From assembly GCF_030028105.1 (NCBI RefSeq), contig NC_092377.1, positions 4,779,079 to 4,843,078 of the forward strand: a stretch of DNA of 64,000 nucleotides, given 5' to 3'. The stretch is from Mobula birostris. Lineage: Eukaryota. This document shows positions 1 through 11,699 of this stretch, one piece after another; positions within the stretch are counted from its first letter, which is position 1, and each line of letters opens with the position of its first letter. Both the position numbers and the translations under genes were made by a program. The notes below the pieces were generated by a model. The model was given only the letters and a program-made list of their open reading frames with translations, had not been told where the DNA came from and did not search any database.

Positions 1-1104
1 CCCCCTCCCCCTCCCCCTTGATGATCCATTTAACCACATTATCATCCCAATCATTGATATACATGACAAACAACGGCAGACCCAGTAATAATCCCTGTAC
101 CACTCCGCTAGTCACAGGTCTCTAGTCTGAAAGGCAACCCTCGATGGTGCTGGAGTCTTGGTTCCTGACCAAAGTTTAATTGATGTGGATTTTGGATTGG
201 TCTCTGAAATTCATGTTATGTGTGTTTCTGGTTTCTGGTTACTCCTCTTTTTGTTGCTATTTTGTGCAATTTTGAACAGCGCAACCTGGCTTTGTGGCCT
301 GAAGTCAAGGAATGATGCAACTTTAAATTGAACTGAACTCGACAGAACATTTCTAGAATGTTTCAAAGATTCTGTCGTTTTGATATTTTATATGTTGTGT
401 GTTTTTCATTCACTTTTTAGCCATTTGCAAGATTTGCTCTTTTTTTGAGTATTGAGTGTCTGGTGTTTTCTTTGAACAGCTTCCAAGGTGTTTCTTTGTT
501 TTGTGTCTGTCTGTGAAATGAATCTCAGGGTTAAATACTGCATAGATACTTTGATTCATTGAAGCATATTTGTCTCCAGCACCAGCCCTGGCACTGAATT
601 CCAGCCACTCCCCACACTGATATGCTTATCCGAAAGGCAAATGGTATGTGACCTATTAAGAGGTGTGTCTATCTAAAAGTCTTTTAAACTCCACCAAACT
701 GCCTACTTCCATAACCATCCCTGCAAAACCCTTACCATATACCTACTGTCTATAAAAAATACTTGACATCAGCAGGATCGAATCCGGATCTTAGTGACAC
801 TGTGAAGCATTACACTAACAGATACACTGACCCATATACTCCAACAATCTAGGGGGGATAGCACATGTTTATCCAATCTTTTGTCAGGGTGATGTTGTCA
901 CATAAAGGCCAGTGGGAGTGTGGACCACCCCCCGACAGTGGTGGGAGTCAGCAAATTTGTAAAAAAGTGATCTGAAACAGAACAGAGTAGCTGTCATGAC
1001 CTCGGGTCCTTGGCAGAGTATTCTGAGGGCTCTGAGTATTTGCTGTTGTTTTTTTTAATACACTTGTGTTTTATTAATTATTATTACCTGTATTGTTGGG
1101 ATTG

Positions 1105-1690
1105 ATTTCAAGAGCCAAGAGGTAATGTTGCAGCTATATAGAACCTTGGTCAGACCCCACTTGGAGTACTTTGCTCAGTTCTGGTCACCTCACTGCAGAA
1201 AGGATGTGGAAACTATGGAAAGGGTGCAGAGGAGATTTACAAGTATGTTGGCTGGATTGGGGAGCATGCCTTAAATAGTTTGAGCGAACTTGGCCTTTTC
1301 TCCTTGGAGCGATGGAGGATGAGAGGTGACCTGATAGAGGTGTATAAGATGAGAGGCACTGATCGCGTGGATAGTCAGAGGCTTTTTCCCCGGGCTGAAA
1401 TGGCTAACATCATTGGGCACAGTTTTAAGGTGCTTGGAAGTCGATACAGAGGAGATGTCAGGGGTAAGTTTTTTATGCAGAGAGTGGTGAGTGTGTGGAA
1501 TGGGCTGCTGGCGATGGTGATGGAGGTGGATACGATAGGGTCTTTTAAGAGACTCCTGGATAGGTACATGGAGCTTAGAAAGATAGAGGCTATGGGTAAC
1601 CCAAGGTAATTTCTAAAGTAAGTACATGTTTGGCACAGCATTGTGGGCCGAAGGGCCTGTATTGTGCTGTAGATTTTCTGTGTTTCTATG
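1105..1690 (+). mobile_element. CR1 LINE 3' fragment
   Basis: ORF 1280-1609 ([20 protein letters not shown]...FFMQRVV..WN) is a CR1 ORF2 C-terminus; near-identical family members at ~27600-28040 and ~40650-41400. Confidence 0.85.
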
Positions 1691-2360
1691 TTTTAACTCC
1701 AAGGACGGTCCTGTATAGGGAGGTCTGTGATGGTCCTCACGATGTCTCCTAATCCTACGACCTCTGAGGTATACGTTGTCCACTTTATTGTCTGGGCTTG
1801 ACATGGAACTTTGCCCTTTGGCATTTATAGACTCCAGCTCCACTGGGAATTGTTTTGATCTGGGGGTGGCTCGACAGATGATAATCCCAATCTCTATGTT
1901 AGATCATCCTTTGACAGCCACCATGATGGTGACGGTAGACCACTTGAGCCAAGAAAGGTGTGTCATGTTTCAGAGCCCCTTGGCTTTGAGACAGAGGACC
2001 ATTCTGAAATACTCAAGATTTCACCATATCTATTCCTCTGGGACCCCTATCATCGCGGGATGTCTGTGGCTGACCCAGCATGGCCCCATGACGGACAGGT
2101 TTAATGTTTCCTGGGCTGGGCTTCCAGCTGTCATGAGGTCTGCTCCCAGAAGCTTCCCGAGTTACTGAGTCGGTCTCCTGTGTCTCCAGGCCTGCCTCTG
2201 ACATTCCCGAGTTTGTGGAGTGCTGATCTGAAGGAAGTCCTGATGCCGAGTACTCCAGCCCCCTTGAGGTTTTTAGCAAACAGGTGGCAAGCACACTCCT
2301 GCTCTATCTGTGCTTTGGTTGTGCCACAGAGTTATTACCGTGGCTTCCCACCATAAGGAA

Positions 2361-2431
2361 CACAAACAAAATGCAGTATCGATGGAAAAGAGTAAACGGT
2401 CGACGTTTCAGGCTGAGACCCTTCATCAGGA
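2361..2431 (-). mobile_element. 71-bp Penelope-derived mini-insertion with 12-bp TSD
   Basis: Flanked by CACCATAAGGAA at 2349-2360 and 2432-2443. It contains the gtcgacgtttcaggctgagacccttcatcaggac motif shared with Penelope termini elsewhere in the window. Confidence 0.7.
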
Positions 2432-2633
2432 CACCATAAGGAAAGCCCATTCTCCATGTGGACCCAAAAGGCTGTCCATGGACAAATACATTCAAGAGGC
2501 ACTTGGCTCGCAGTTTATCAGGCTCACCACTTCTCCGGCAGGAGAATGATACCTTTTTATACCCAAAAAAGATGGCAGCCTGAGACCTTGCATAGATTAT
2601 AGGAGCTTAAACAACCTAACAGTTAGGAATTGA

Positions 2634-2749
2634 AGCAACACGCATCAAAGTTGCTGGTGAACACAGCAGGCCAGGCAGCATCTCTAGGAAGAGGTACAGT
2701 CGACGTTTCGGGCCGAGACCCTTCGTCAGGACTAACTGAAAGAAGAGCT
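2634..2749 (-). mobile_element. 116-bp Penelope-derived mini-insertion with 13-bp TSD
   Basis: Flanked by AGTTAGGAATTGA at 2621-2633 and 2750-2762. It is the reverse complement of the Penelope 3' end at ~19720-19835. Confidence 0.75.
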
Positions 2750-5700
2750 AGTTAGGAATTGATACCACTTTGTACCTTCAGGTTTAGGATGGCAAAATAT
2801 TCGACTAAAAACATTACTAATAACACCCTGTCTTATGTAAATTGTGGTAAATTATCACCATGAACAATGAAGTGGTGAGCAAAGGCGAAGCAAATTCGAG
2901 TGACGATTCCATGTCGCAGAATCAGTGCAGATGGAGTGGGCCAGTCAGAGGGGAGAGTCAAGGCGGAAGATCTCCCATGCCCATACACCTGGCCTGAGCA
3001 TGAGACTGGATTGCTCTGGGGGCCAAGCTGACTTGGAGAAATGGAGGGTGGCTTTGGGCTGGGTGGTGAAATCTGGGCCCGGAGCAAGTCGTTGGGCAGC
3101 ACGGCTTAGGGCTGGAGACTTCCACTGCATCGGGGCCTGGGTCCGAGTGTGATGTATGATAAACTATCTGGATAATTTAAATGAGATACTGGAAAGACAG
3201 GGTGTCAGGATTGGAATTGAGAGCTAATTTTGCTCACTCTCCCATGATATTCGCTCCTCTCTCTGTGCCACTGAGGCTGTGAAGACTACCCCCAGCTACC
3301 GTGCTCTGTGGCTGTTAATATGATGGACCGATACCGAGGCCTTGGTGTGCTCTGGGGTTCAGATGTAAGGACTCAATTTGGTTTGGAATGGTGTGACTCA
3401 CTACTATTCTTCGCATGGTTTGTGTTTTTTTTCCCCCTTTCTCTGCATATTGGGTATTGGTCATTAGGAAAATTAATTTGGTAACATGCAAGTTACAACT
3501 TCAATAGATTTCAATATGTACAATTAATGTCAGAGAAATTTACACAATATACATCCTGAAATTCTTTTTCTTTGCAAGCATCCACGAAAACACAGGAGTG
3601 CCCCGAAGAATAAATAATAGTTAAGTGATAGAATCCCAAAGCCCTCCTCAACTCCCCCTCTGACTCATCAGCAGCAGCAAAGCAATGACCCCCCCCCCCC
3701 ACCAGCAAAAAGCATCGGCTCCTCCCCATCGAGCACTCAAGTGTGCAGCAAAGCATCAATAAAGACACAAAATTGCGGTACCCCAAATACTACTCCTTCA
3801 CCTGGTAACCTGGTAAACCTCCAGGTGCCCACTGGAGAAGAGAAGTTCTGTCACAACCTCGGGTATCAGTAGAATACTCAGAGAGCTTAGTTTTTGCTGT
3901 TGTTTTTTTTATTCCTTGCATTTTATTAACTATAATAATAGTTAACTATAATTGTTGCACTTTGGGTTTGTTCTGTGCTATTGTTAGTTCTTCTCTAGTT
4001 TACTTTAAGTTGTTATTGTGTTTGAATACTTCCAATTAATTCTCTGAGACTTTACAGGTATCCAATTAAGTATCCTTGGACTTTTGTCTCTGATTAGGAA
4101 AGTCACTTGTAAACTTGTTATTCAGCAGGGAACAGATTCTTTCGTGCCCTGGAGTGTATTTCAAGGGGCAGTGCTAACCATTCGTTGCCTCTGTTGCCCT
4201 GATCCCTGCCAAGTGAAGTTCTAGTCGAGTTATTCCAAGCTATCTAAGACATTGTAAGTTCTACTCTTTTGCTTTGTCTCTTTCATAAATAACCCTTCCG
4301 AGTCTCTGTGTGATCCCGAGCTTGTGTCCTAAGACGCAGCCTGACAAGAATCAATGCAAGATCTCAGCTGAGATCCATTGTGTGAAGTTCCATGCTGGGT
4401 GGGAACGTGAGGAGGTGACGTATGTCTCTCTGAAAGACCAGGATTTGGAACACACTTGCCTCTCTCAAAGTGGGACACAGGAGGGACTGTAGTCTATACT
4501 GAGGTTCTGGCACAAGGACACAGGAATGCAGTGGCCCCAGGGATCCCAGTGTGAGGGAGACAGGCATTCCAGGAGTCATCAGAGTGTCTGAGCACCACAT
4601 GTCACTATAGTGAGGACCTGATCTAATGTTTTCTGTGAACTTTATCTGCCAGTATGATGTTTCAGAAAGAATGCACCAACTTTCAGAAATGTAATTCTGG
4701 TGAGCATTGGTTTAAAGATGATCACAGGCTCAGTGTGAATTTATGTTAGTTAGGAGAACAATTCTATCAAAAGTGATGCTAACAGTATGGAAACTGATGA
4801 GGTGGAGTTATTGTTGAAAAATGTAACTGGGGCAGAACGTTAATTAAACCAACAGCCAGGGTGTATATTCCCTGAAAGTGAGGTCACAGGTAGACAGGGT
4901 GGTGAAGAAAGCTTTTGACCCACTGACCCACTGCAATCTGCACAAAGTAGAGAAGGAATATTGATGACAGCACTGAGAGCCGTGAGTCTGTTCACGAGGA
5001 GCACACGCCAAGTATTTGTGTAGAAGGAGTGACCCCACTTCACAAACTACCCATCCACATCAGCACGAAGCACCTCCTACCACAGCTGTGGCAGAGTCTG
5101 CACATCATTCCCCTCAGAACACAAAGCTGGAGTGAAGACAAGTTATCCACGAGCTTGGGCCATTCCTGAGAAAAGGCAAGTTCCATCTCAGCTTGTTCCA
5201 ACTTGTAACAACTGGTTTCAGTTCCACTCCCGACTATGATTCTGAGCTGACGTGCAGTTTGAACACATTCCCTTCCCTTCGAGTAACGTGCAGGATCCAG
5301 TGTCAGTCCAGGTTGTGCATCAGACTGTGGGAGATCAGGGGTAGGCCACTCAGCCCCTCAGACTACCCCACTCCTCAGTATGACCAGGATGGTCTACCCT
5401 AGGCCTTATCTCCCCTTCTGTCCACAGCTCTCAATTCTCTGATCTTTCAACAATCTGTCTGCTTTCCTTTTAACTATCCAGTGGTTCAGCATTGGGAAGA
5501 ACAGCTTTGTTTGTACATGTGGTTGTTAAATCCCACATTTGTTCACAGGGACCGAGAATACAATATACCTTGTTCAGAGTTCACAGTAAACTAATTAGGA
5601 AAGTACAGATACGTCACAATATCCAACCCGGAGATTCATTTTCTTGTGGGCATACTCATAAATTCAGAATAGAATGATAACCAGAATAGAATCAATGAAA

Positions 5701-6899
5701 GACCAAACCAACTAGGGCATTCAACTAGTGTGCAAAAGACAACAAACTGTGTAAGTACAAAAAGAAAGAATAAGTCATAATGATATTAAATAAATAAGCA
5801 ATAAATAACAAGAACCTGCAATGAATGGTCCTTGAAAGTGAGTCCATAGGTTGTGGGAACATTTCAATGATGGTGAGTGAAGTTGAGTGAACAGCCTGAT
5901 GGTCGAGGGGTAATAACTGCTCCTGAACCTGGTGGTGTGAGTTCTGAGGCTCCTGTACCTTCTTGCTGAAGGCAGTAGTGAGAAGAGAGCCTGGCCTGGG
6001 TAGTGAGGTGGCAGGGAGGGGGTGGTCCCTGATGATGATGTTGCTTTCCTGCGACAATGCTTGTGCTCCTGTTATCAGACCATAAGACTTTCAGACATAG
6101 GAGCAGAATCAGGCCATTCGGCCCATTGAGTCTGCTCTGCCGTTCCATCATGGCTGATATATCATCCCTCTCAATTCCATTCTCCTGCCTTTTCCCCATA
6201 ATCTTTAATACCTTGACTAATCAAGAACCTATCAACCTTTGCTTCAGAAATACTCAATGACTCGGCAGTCTGTGGCAATGAATTCCACAGATACACTGCT
6301 CTCTGGCTAAATAATAAACCCTCCTCATCTGTGTTTTAAAGGGACATCCCTCCATTATAGGAATTGACCAACATAGATTAAAGATTAGCTGGAACAAGAT
6401 TACTTAAGTGATTACAGGGCATAGAACAAGATTGTTTTCCCATCCCCTATCCTGAAAGCACAAGTACGATGGGCCAAATGGCCATTTTCTATGTCCACAG
6501 TGAGTGTCTGATCAATCCATACTGATATAAGTGTTCAGTCCCTCCATCCCTACTCACCATATTATCCCAGTTGGCTGGTTTCCCTCTCTCATTGTGTTTT
6601 GAATCTATTTCATCCAAAAGATATCAAAGTCATAGAAAACTACAGCACAGAAACAGGCCCTTCAGCCCATCTAGTTTGTGCTGAATTACTAACCTGCCTA
6701 GTTCCATCAACCTGCTTCTGGACCATAGTCCTCCATCGTCCTCCCAGCCATGTACCTATCCAAATTTCTCTTCGATTCTGAAATTGAAGCTATCTCCACC
6801 ACTTCAACTAGCAGCTCATTCCACACTCTCACCACCCTCTGAAGAAGTTCCCCCTCATGTTCCCCTTTAACATTTCACCTTTCAGCCTTAACCCATGAC

Positions 6900-7160
6900 C
6901 TCTAGTTCCAGTTTCGCCCAACCTCAGTGGAAATCTCAACGTAGATTGAGAGACCGCCTCACCGAGCATCTACGCTCTGCCTGCCAGAACAAGCGGGATC
7001 TCCCAGTGGCCGCCCATTTTAATTCCACTTCCCATTCCCATTCCGATATGTCCCTCCATGGCCTCCTCCACTGTCGTTATAAGGCCACTCTTAGGCTGGA
7101 GGAACAACAACTTATATTCTGTTTGGGAGGCCCACAACCTGATGGCATGAACATCGATTT
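6900..7160 (+). mobile_element. Penelope-like element fragment (GIY-YIG region)
   Basis: RRLRDRLTEHLRS...DLPVAAHFNSTSHSHSDM...LRLEEQQLIF matches the Penelope copies at 36-37 kb. Confidence 0.75.
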
Positions 7161-7164
7161 AGAC

Positions 7165-7940
7165 TATAAGACAAAGGAGCAGAAGTAGGCCATTTGGCCC
7201 ATCGAGTCTGCTCCGCCATTTTTTCATGAGCTGATCCATTCTCCTATTTAGTCCCACTCCCCCGCCTTCTCACCATAACCTTTGATGTCCTGGCTACTCA
7301 GATACCTATCAATCTCTGCCTTAAATACACCCAATGACTTGGCCTCCACTGCTGCCCGTGGCAACAAATTCCATAGATTCACCACCCTCTGACTAAAAAA
7401 ATTTCTTTGCATTTCTGTTCTGAAAGGGCGCCCTTCAATCCTTAAGTCATGTCCTCTCGTACTAGACTCCCCCATCATGGGAAACAACTTTGCCACATCC
7501 AATCTGTCCATGCCTTTCAACATTCGAAATGTTTCTATGAGGTCTCCCCTCATTTTTCTAAACTCCAAGGAATACAGTCCAAGAGTGGACAAACGTTCCT
7601 CATATGTTAACCCTATCATTCCCGGAATTATTCTAGTGAATCTTCTCTGTACCCTTTCCAACGTCAGCACATCCTTTCTTAAATAAGAAGACCAAAACTG
7701 CCCCCAGTACTCCAAGTGAGGTCTCACCAGCGCCTTATAGAGCCTCAACATCACATCCCTGCTCCTATACGCTATTCCTCTAGAAATGAATGCCAACATT
7801 GCATTCAGTACTGACTCAACCTGGAGGTTAACCTTAAGGGTATCGAGGACTCCCAAGTCTGGTTGCATCTCAGAACTTTGAATTCTTTCCCCATTTAAAT
7901 AATAGTCTGCCCATTTATTTCTCAAACATCCAGTAACGTC
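7165..7940 (-). mobile_element. Young CR1 LINE 3' end
   Basis: ORF 7248-7964 is a CR1 ORF2 C-terminus ([12 protein letters not shown]...RGDLIETF), ~90% identical in protein by eye to 63149-63772. Confidence 0.9.
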
Positions 7941-9549
7941 TCTCCATGCCTCACCATTTCCCATCCCCTTTTCCCTCTGTTATTTTACCTCCTTGCCCAC
8001 TGGTCACCTCCCCCACCCTTCGCTCTTTCTTCCATGGCCTTCTGTCTCTTTCACCAACTTCCCAGATCTTTGCTTCATCCCTCCCCCACCACGTTTCACC
8101 TATCAACTGGCATTTCCCTCACCTTTCAAATCGACTCGTCAGCATTTTCTCTCCAATCCTGCCGAAGGGTTTTGGCTCAAAACGTCGACTGTCCATTTCT
8201 CTCCCCATGACGCTGCCTGACTTTGTGTGCGGCAGTGGCGGAAGGGAAGTGCTTGTCATGTAGCACAACAACCACCGGAGGGCGGTGTGGGTCCATTATC
8301 CCAATCATCAGGATGCGTTTCTGTCCCAACGATCGTTTATCTCCGGAGCTCGCAGACCCAAAAAATGTCTCACTGGCGATTGGGACAAGGAGCAGCTGCA
8401 AGTAGAAATATTCCAGTGGTTAGTGCTGATGTTCCACTACCTGCTCCTGTTCGGTGTATTATTGTAGTTTTAACTTTTACACATCAGCACCCACATTGTC
8501 AACTTGTCCTCAGACTCCCTGAGCCTGGTCACACTGACAGCAGAACAAATAGATTCACAGAGTAATACAGCAAATCTGTGAACCTTCAGCCCATCTAGTC
8601 CATCCTGACCAGGATGCCCCTGTCCACATGAATCCAACTGACCTGAATTTGGCCCATATCCCTCTAAAACATTCCTCTCCATGTACCTGTGCAAATGTTA
8701 TTTTAATGTTGTAATTCTACCAGTCTGCTCTTTGTACTGGGTGTTGGGTTGGAGATACTTCTCCATCAAAGGAGGTGAAAGACACTCCTTCCCTCCACCA
8801 GCCTACAGGTCACCCTTGGGCAAGGTGTAGCGCCTGCTTTGCCCCTGTCCCCCATCAGGGTCATGTGAAGCCAGGGGAGCAGGTGGTGGATGGTTGTATG
8901 AGCAGTCGTGTATATCACCAGTCCTGGTTATGTGACCATTGACGCCAGTCAGACAATCCCTGAGAAGTATTGATCATGGCTAGCATCACCCATCTTGTAA
9001 AGACTCTGCCCAGAAGAAGGCAATGGCAAACCAATTCTGTAGGAAAAATTGGTAAGAGTAATCATGGTCATGGGACAATGATCACCCACGTCATACGACA
9101 TGGCACATGATGATGATGACAATTTGCTAGCAACAGCATACAACCTAAATGATCTAATACATGCTGTCCCTGCCCAGGAGTGTCTGATAGAACTTAACCC
9201 TATACGGAATCTATTTTATCCTCGCCAGTTCAGAAGTGAGAGTTTTGTCCAGTCAGCAGGAGCTCCCCCTTTACGGCCAAAGTCAAAGTTGAGTTTAACG
9301 TTGAACACACGAGTACCTGTGTGTACAGGTGTCATGAAAATCTGACTGGAAGCAGCATTGGAATTGATTTATGATTGTCACTTGGACAGAGATTCAGTGA
9401 AAAACCTGCCCTACACACTCTTCATTACATGACAATATCATTAACAGAATGCAGAATAAAGTGTATCAGCTACAGAGAGAGTGCAGTGCAGGCCGACAGT
9501 GAGGTCACTGTGAGGTAGATTGGGAGGTCAGGAGCCCATCTTCTCGTAC

Positions 9550-10300
9550 CTGAAAACCCCTGGATAACCACATCTGCACCAGGTGCACCGAGCTACAGTT
9601 CCTCAGAGAACGTGTTAAAGAACTGGAGCTGCAACTCGATGACCTTCGGCTCATCGGGGAAACTGAGGAGATGATAGATCGGAGTTACAGGGAGGGAGTC
9701 ACCCCGAGGCAGGTGAATGGGTGACTGTCAGGAGAGGGAATGGAAATGGGCAGCCGGTACAGATCCCCCTGTGGCCGTGCCCCTCAATAACAAGTGTACC
9801 GTTTTGGATACTGTTGGGAGGGATGACGTACCAGGGGTGAGCCGCAGTTACAGGGTCTGTGGCCCTGCGTCTGGTGCTGTGGCGCAGAAGGGGATGGGTC
9901 TGAGGAGGAATGCAGTGGTGAAAGGAGGAGTAGATGAGAGAGTCTGTCGATGTGACAGAGACATAAATGGTATGTTGCCCCAGGTACCAGGGTCAAGTAC
10001 GACTCAGAAGATGTCCACGACATTCTAAAGACTGGGGGATGGGGGGGGGAAGAGAGCAGCAGATGTCTTGGGACATATTAGTACCAATGACATAGGAAAG
10101 AAGAGAGGGGAGGTCCAAAGGAGAGAATTTAGGGAGCTAGGTAAAAGCTGAAAAGAAGAAGCTCTGAGGTAACTATTTCTGGATTGCTGTCTGTGACATC
10201 TGCCAGCGAGGGTAAGAATGGGATGATTTGGCAGATGAATCCATGGCTGAGGAACTGGTGCAGTGGGTGGGGATCGGAATTATGGATCATTAGTCATAGA
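9550..10300 (+). mobile_element. CR1 LINE ORF1 fragment
   Basis: Degenerate ORF1 motifs (CTRC..LQ...LELQLDDLRLI; VPLNNKCTVLDTVG; HISTNDIG) shared with other CR1 5' regions in the window. Confidence 0.7.
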
Positions 10301-11699
10301 CTTATAGAGCTTTGATCTTCAGTATTGACCGCAGGACTTGGCAATGATGATGACAGACGACCCTGGATGAAGACCCCACGCAGTAAGCCTTGAACTCTGG
10401 ACTTGCTGACGTGTAAGCCTGAACACGCTGTCTCAATCTACGGTCTTGCATATTCGTGTACCCAGTGGGTCACCAACCCTCGTGCCTCAGTCCTTTGGTC
10501 AAAACCAGGCTCCACAGAGGTGGGATACATCGTTGACCCCCCAGTTGTCACTTCAATTTTGATATTTCAAAGCAAATGGGTCAGGTAGTGAGTAAAGCTC
10601 CCTCTGTGAGCTGTGTTTTGTGCTCTGCCTGTTTGCAAACAGTGATCACCAGTTACTGTGTGAGAGGGTCAAGAGGGAAATGAATGAATGTTTGAACAGA
10701 GCATTTATTAGATCCATCCAGATGTGCTCAGATACTCTTGTGTGTTTTGCCAGTGCTAATCTGCTGATGAAGGTCACTGAGTTGGAGAAAGAGTTCAATT
10801 CAAGAGCTGTCACGTTTCCTACCTCGAAGCAACAGTAGATCCCAAGCCACACCATGTTCTATGTTCTAGGTACATGGATGGGAGGGTTTGGAGGGCTGTG
10901 GTCTGGGTGCAGGTAGATGGGATTAGGCAGAAGACCAGGTCAGCACAGAGTAGCTGGGCCAAAGGGCCTGTTTCATGACTCTATGGCACAAATTTCCATC
11001 TGCAGCAACTGCACTTTTACTGAGCTGTGGGAAGAGAGGGCTGCAGGAACCTGTAGAGAATTGAGGACACAGCCTCTTTTGTGTGTGTGTGTGCACATCG
11101 TTTGTTACTGGTACATAAAGGAATTTAAACTGCACACAAAAGGTTGTCACCCTCTACCTCGCTGGCATGTTAAATACATTTGAGGATCACATGTGATCAC
11201 ATTTCCTTTTCTGGTTTCTGATGGGGACAGTGTGGACAAAATGGATTTTGCGATGATTTGTCTGCAGATTTTAGAACTGGCTGATTAATGCTGTTTTTAT
11301 TGAAGAAATATTGATTCACTATGTTGAATTCCAAAGAAGCAAAGGGTGGGAAGCGTAATAAGATTATTATTTCATTAAAAGCAGAGTGGTTTAATGAAAG
11401 GTTGAAACTGGTCCATCATAAGCTCATGAGGTCAGGAATGTGCAGCTACAATACTGTCCAGTACAGAAACTGATGATACCTGTGTGTATCATGTGTGAAA
11501 GAGTTTTGACCAGTGGCAAATCTGGACATTGGAAGTTTTGAGATGAGGGAAATTCAGTCAGGTCCATTGCCTGAGTACAAAAGGCAGCAGTGGGCTGTTA
11601 CAGTGAAAGAGTTTTGACCAGCAAACAAACATCATTTGTGATTGATTAGAAAGCAGGGGCAAGTGTATAGCAATCGCCTAAGTGGTGATCTTGAGGCTT

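Larger units (their letters stand above)
1790..2790 (+). pseudogene. Gypsy pol remnant: aspartic protease and N-terminal reverse transcriptase
   Basis: AFIDSSSTGNCFD...PIIAGCLWLTQHGP resembles retropepsin (ALIDSGA.GNF...ILG.PWL..HNP). CATELLP...MDKYIQEAL..FIRLTTSPAG...PKKDGSLRPCIDYRSLNNLTVRN resembles Gypsy RT. Stops are present. Confidence 0.75.
992..4346 (+). mobile_element. Decayed Gypsy/Ty3 LTR retrotransposon (partial 5' LTR ~992-1100, 3' LTR ~3849-4346) interrupted by nested insertions
   Basis: Two related segments start TGTCATGACCTCGGG and TGTCACAACCTCGGG; the second ends CTGACA. Protease and RT remnants lie between them on the same strand. No matching TSD was seen. Confidence 0.5.

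Noticed and set aside
4310-4600. ORFs 4310-4492(+) and 4364-4600(-) in non-repeat-looking sequence
   Set aside because: No recognisable domain or convincing exon boundaries.
8223-8565. Several overlapping ORFs in a CpG-containing segment
   Set aside because: No identifiable protein motif; probably a fragment of an unrecognised repeat.
10320-10860. ORFs 10403-10588 and 10620-10838
   Set aside because: No domain similarity recognised and no consistent splice structure.
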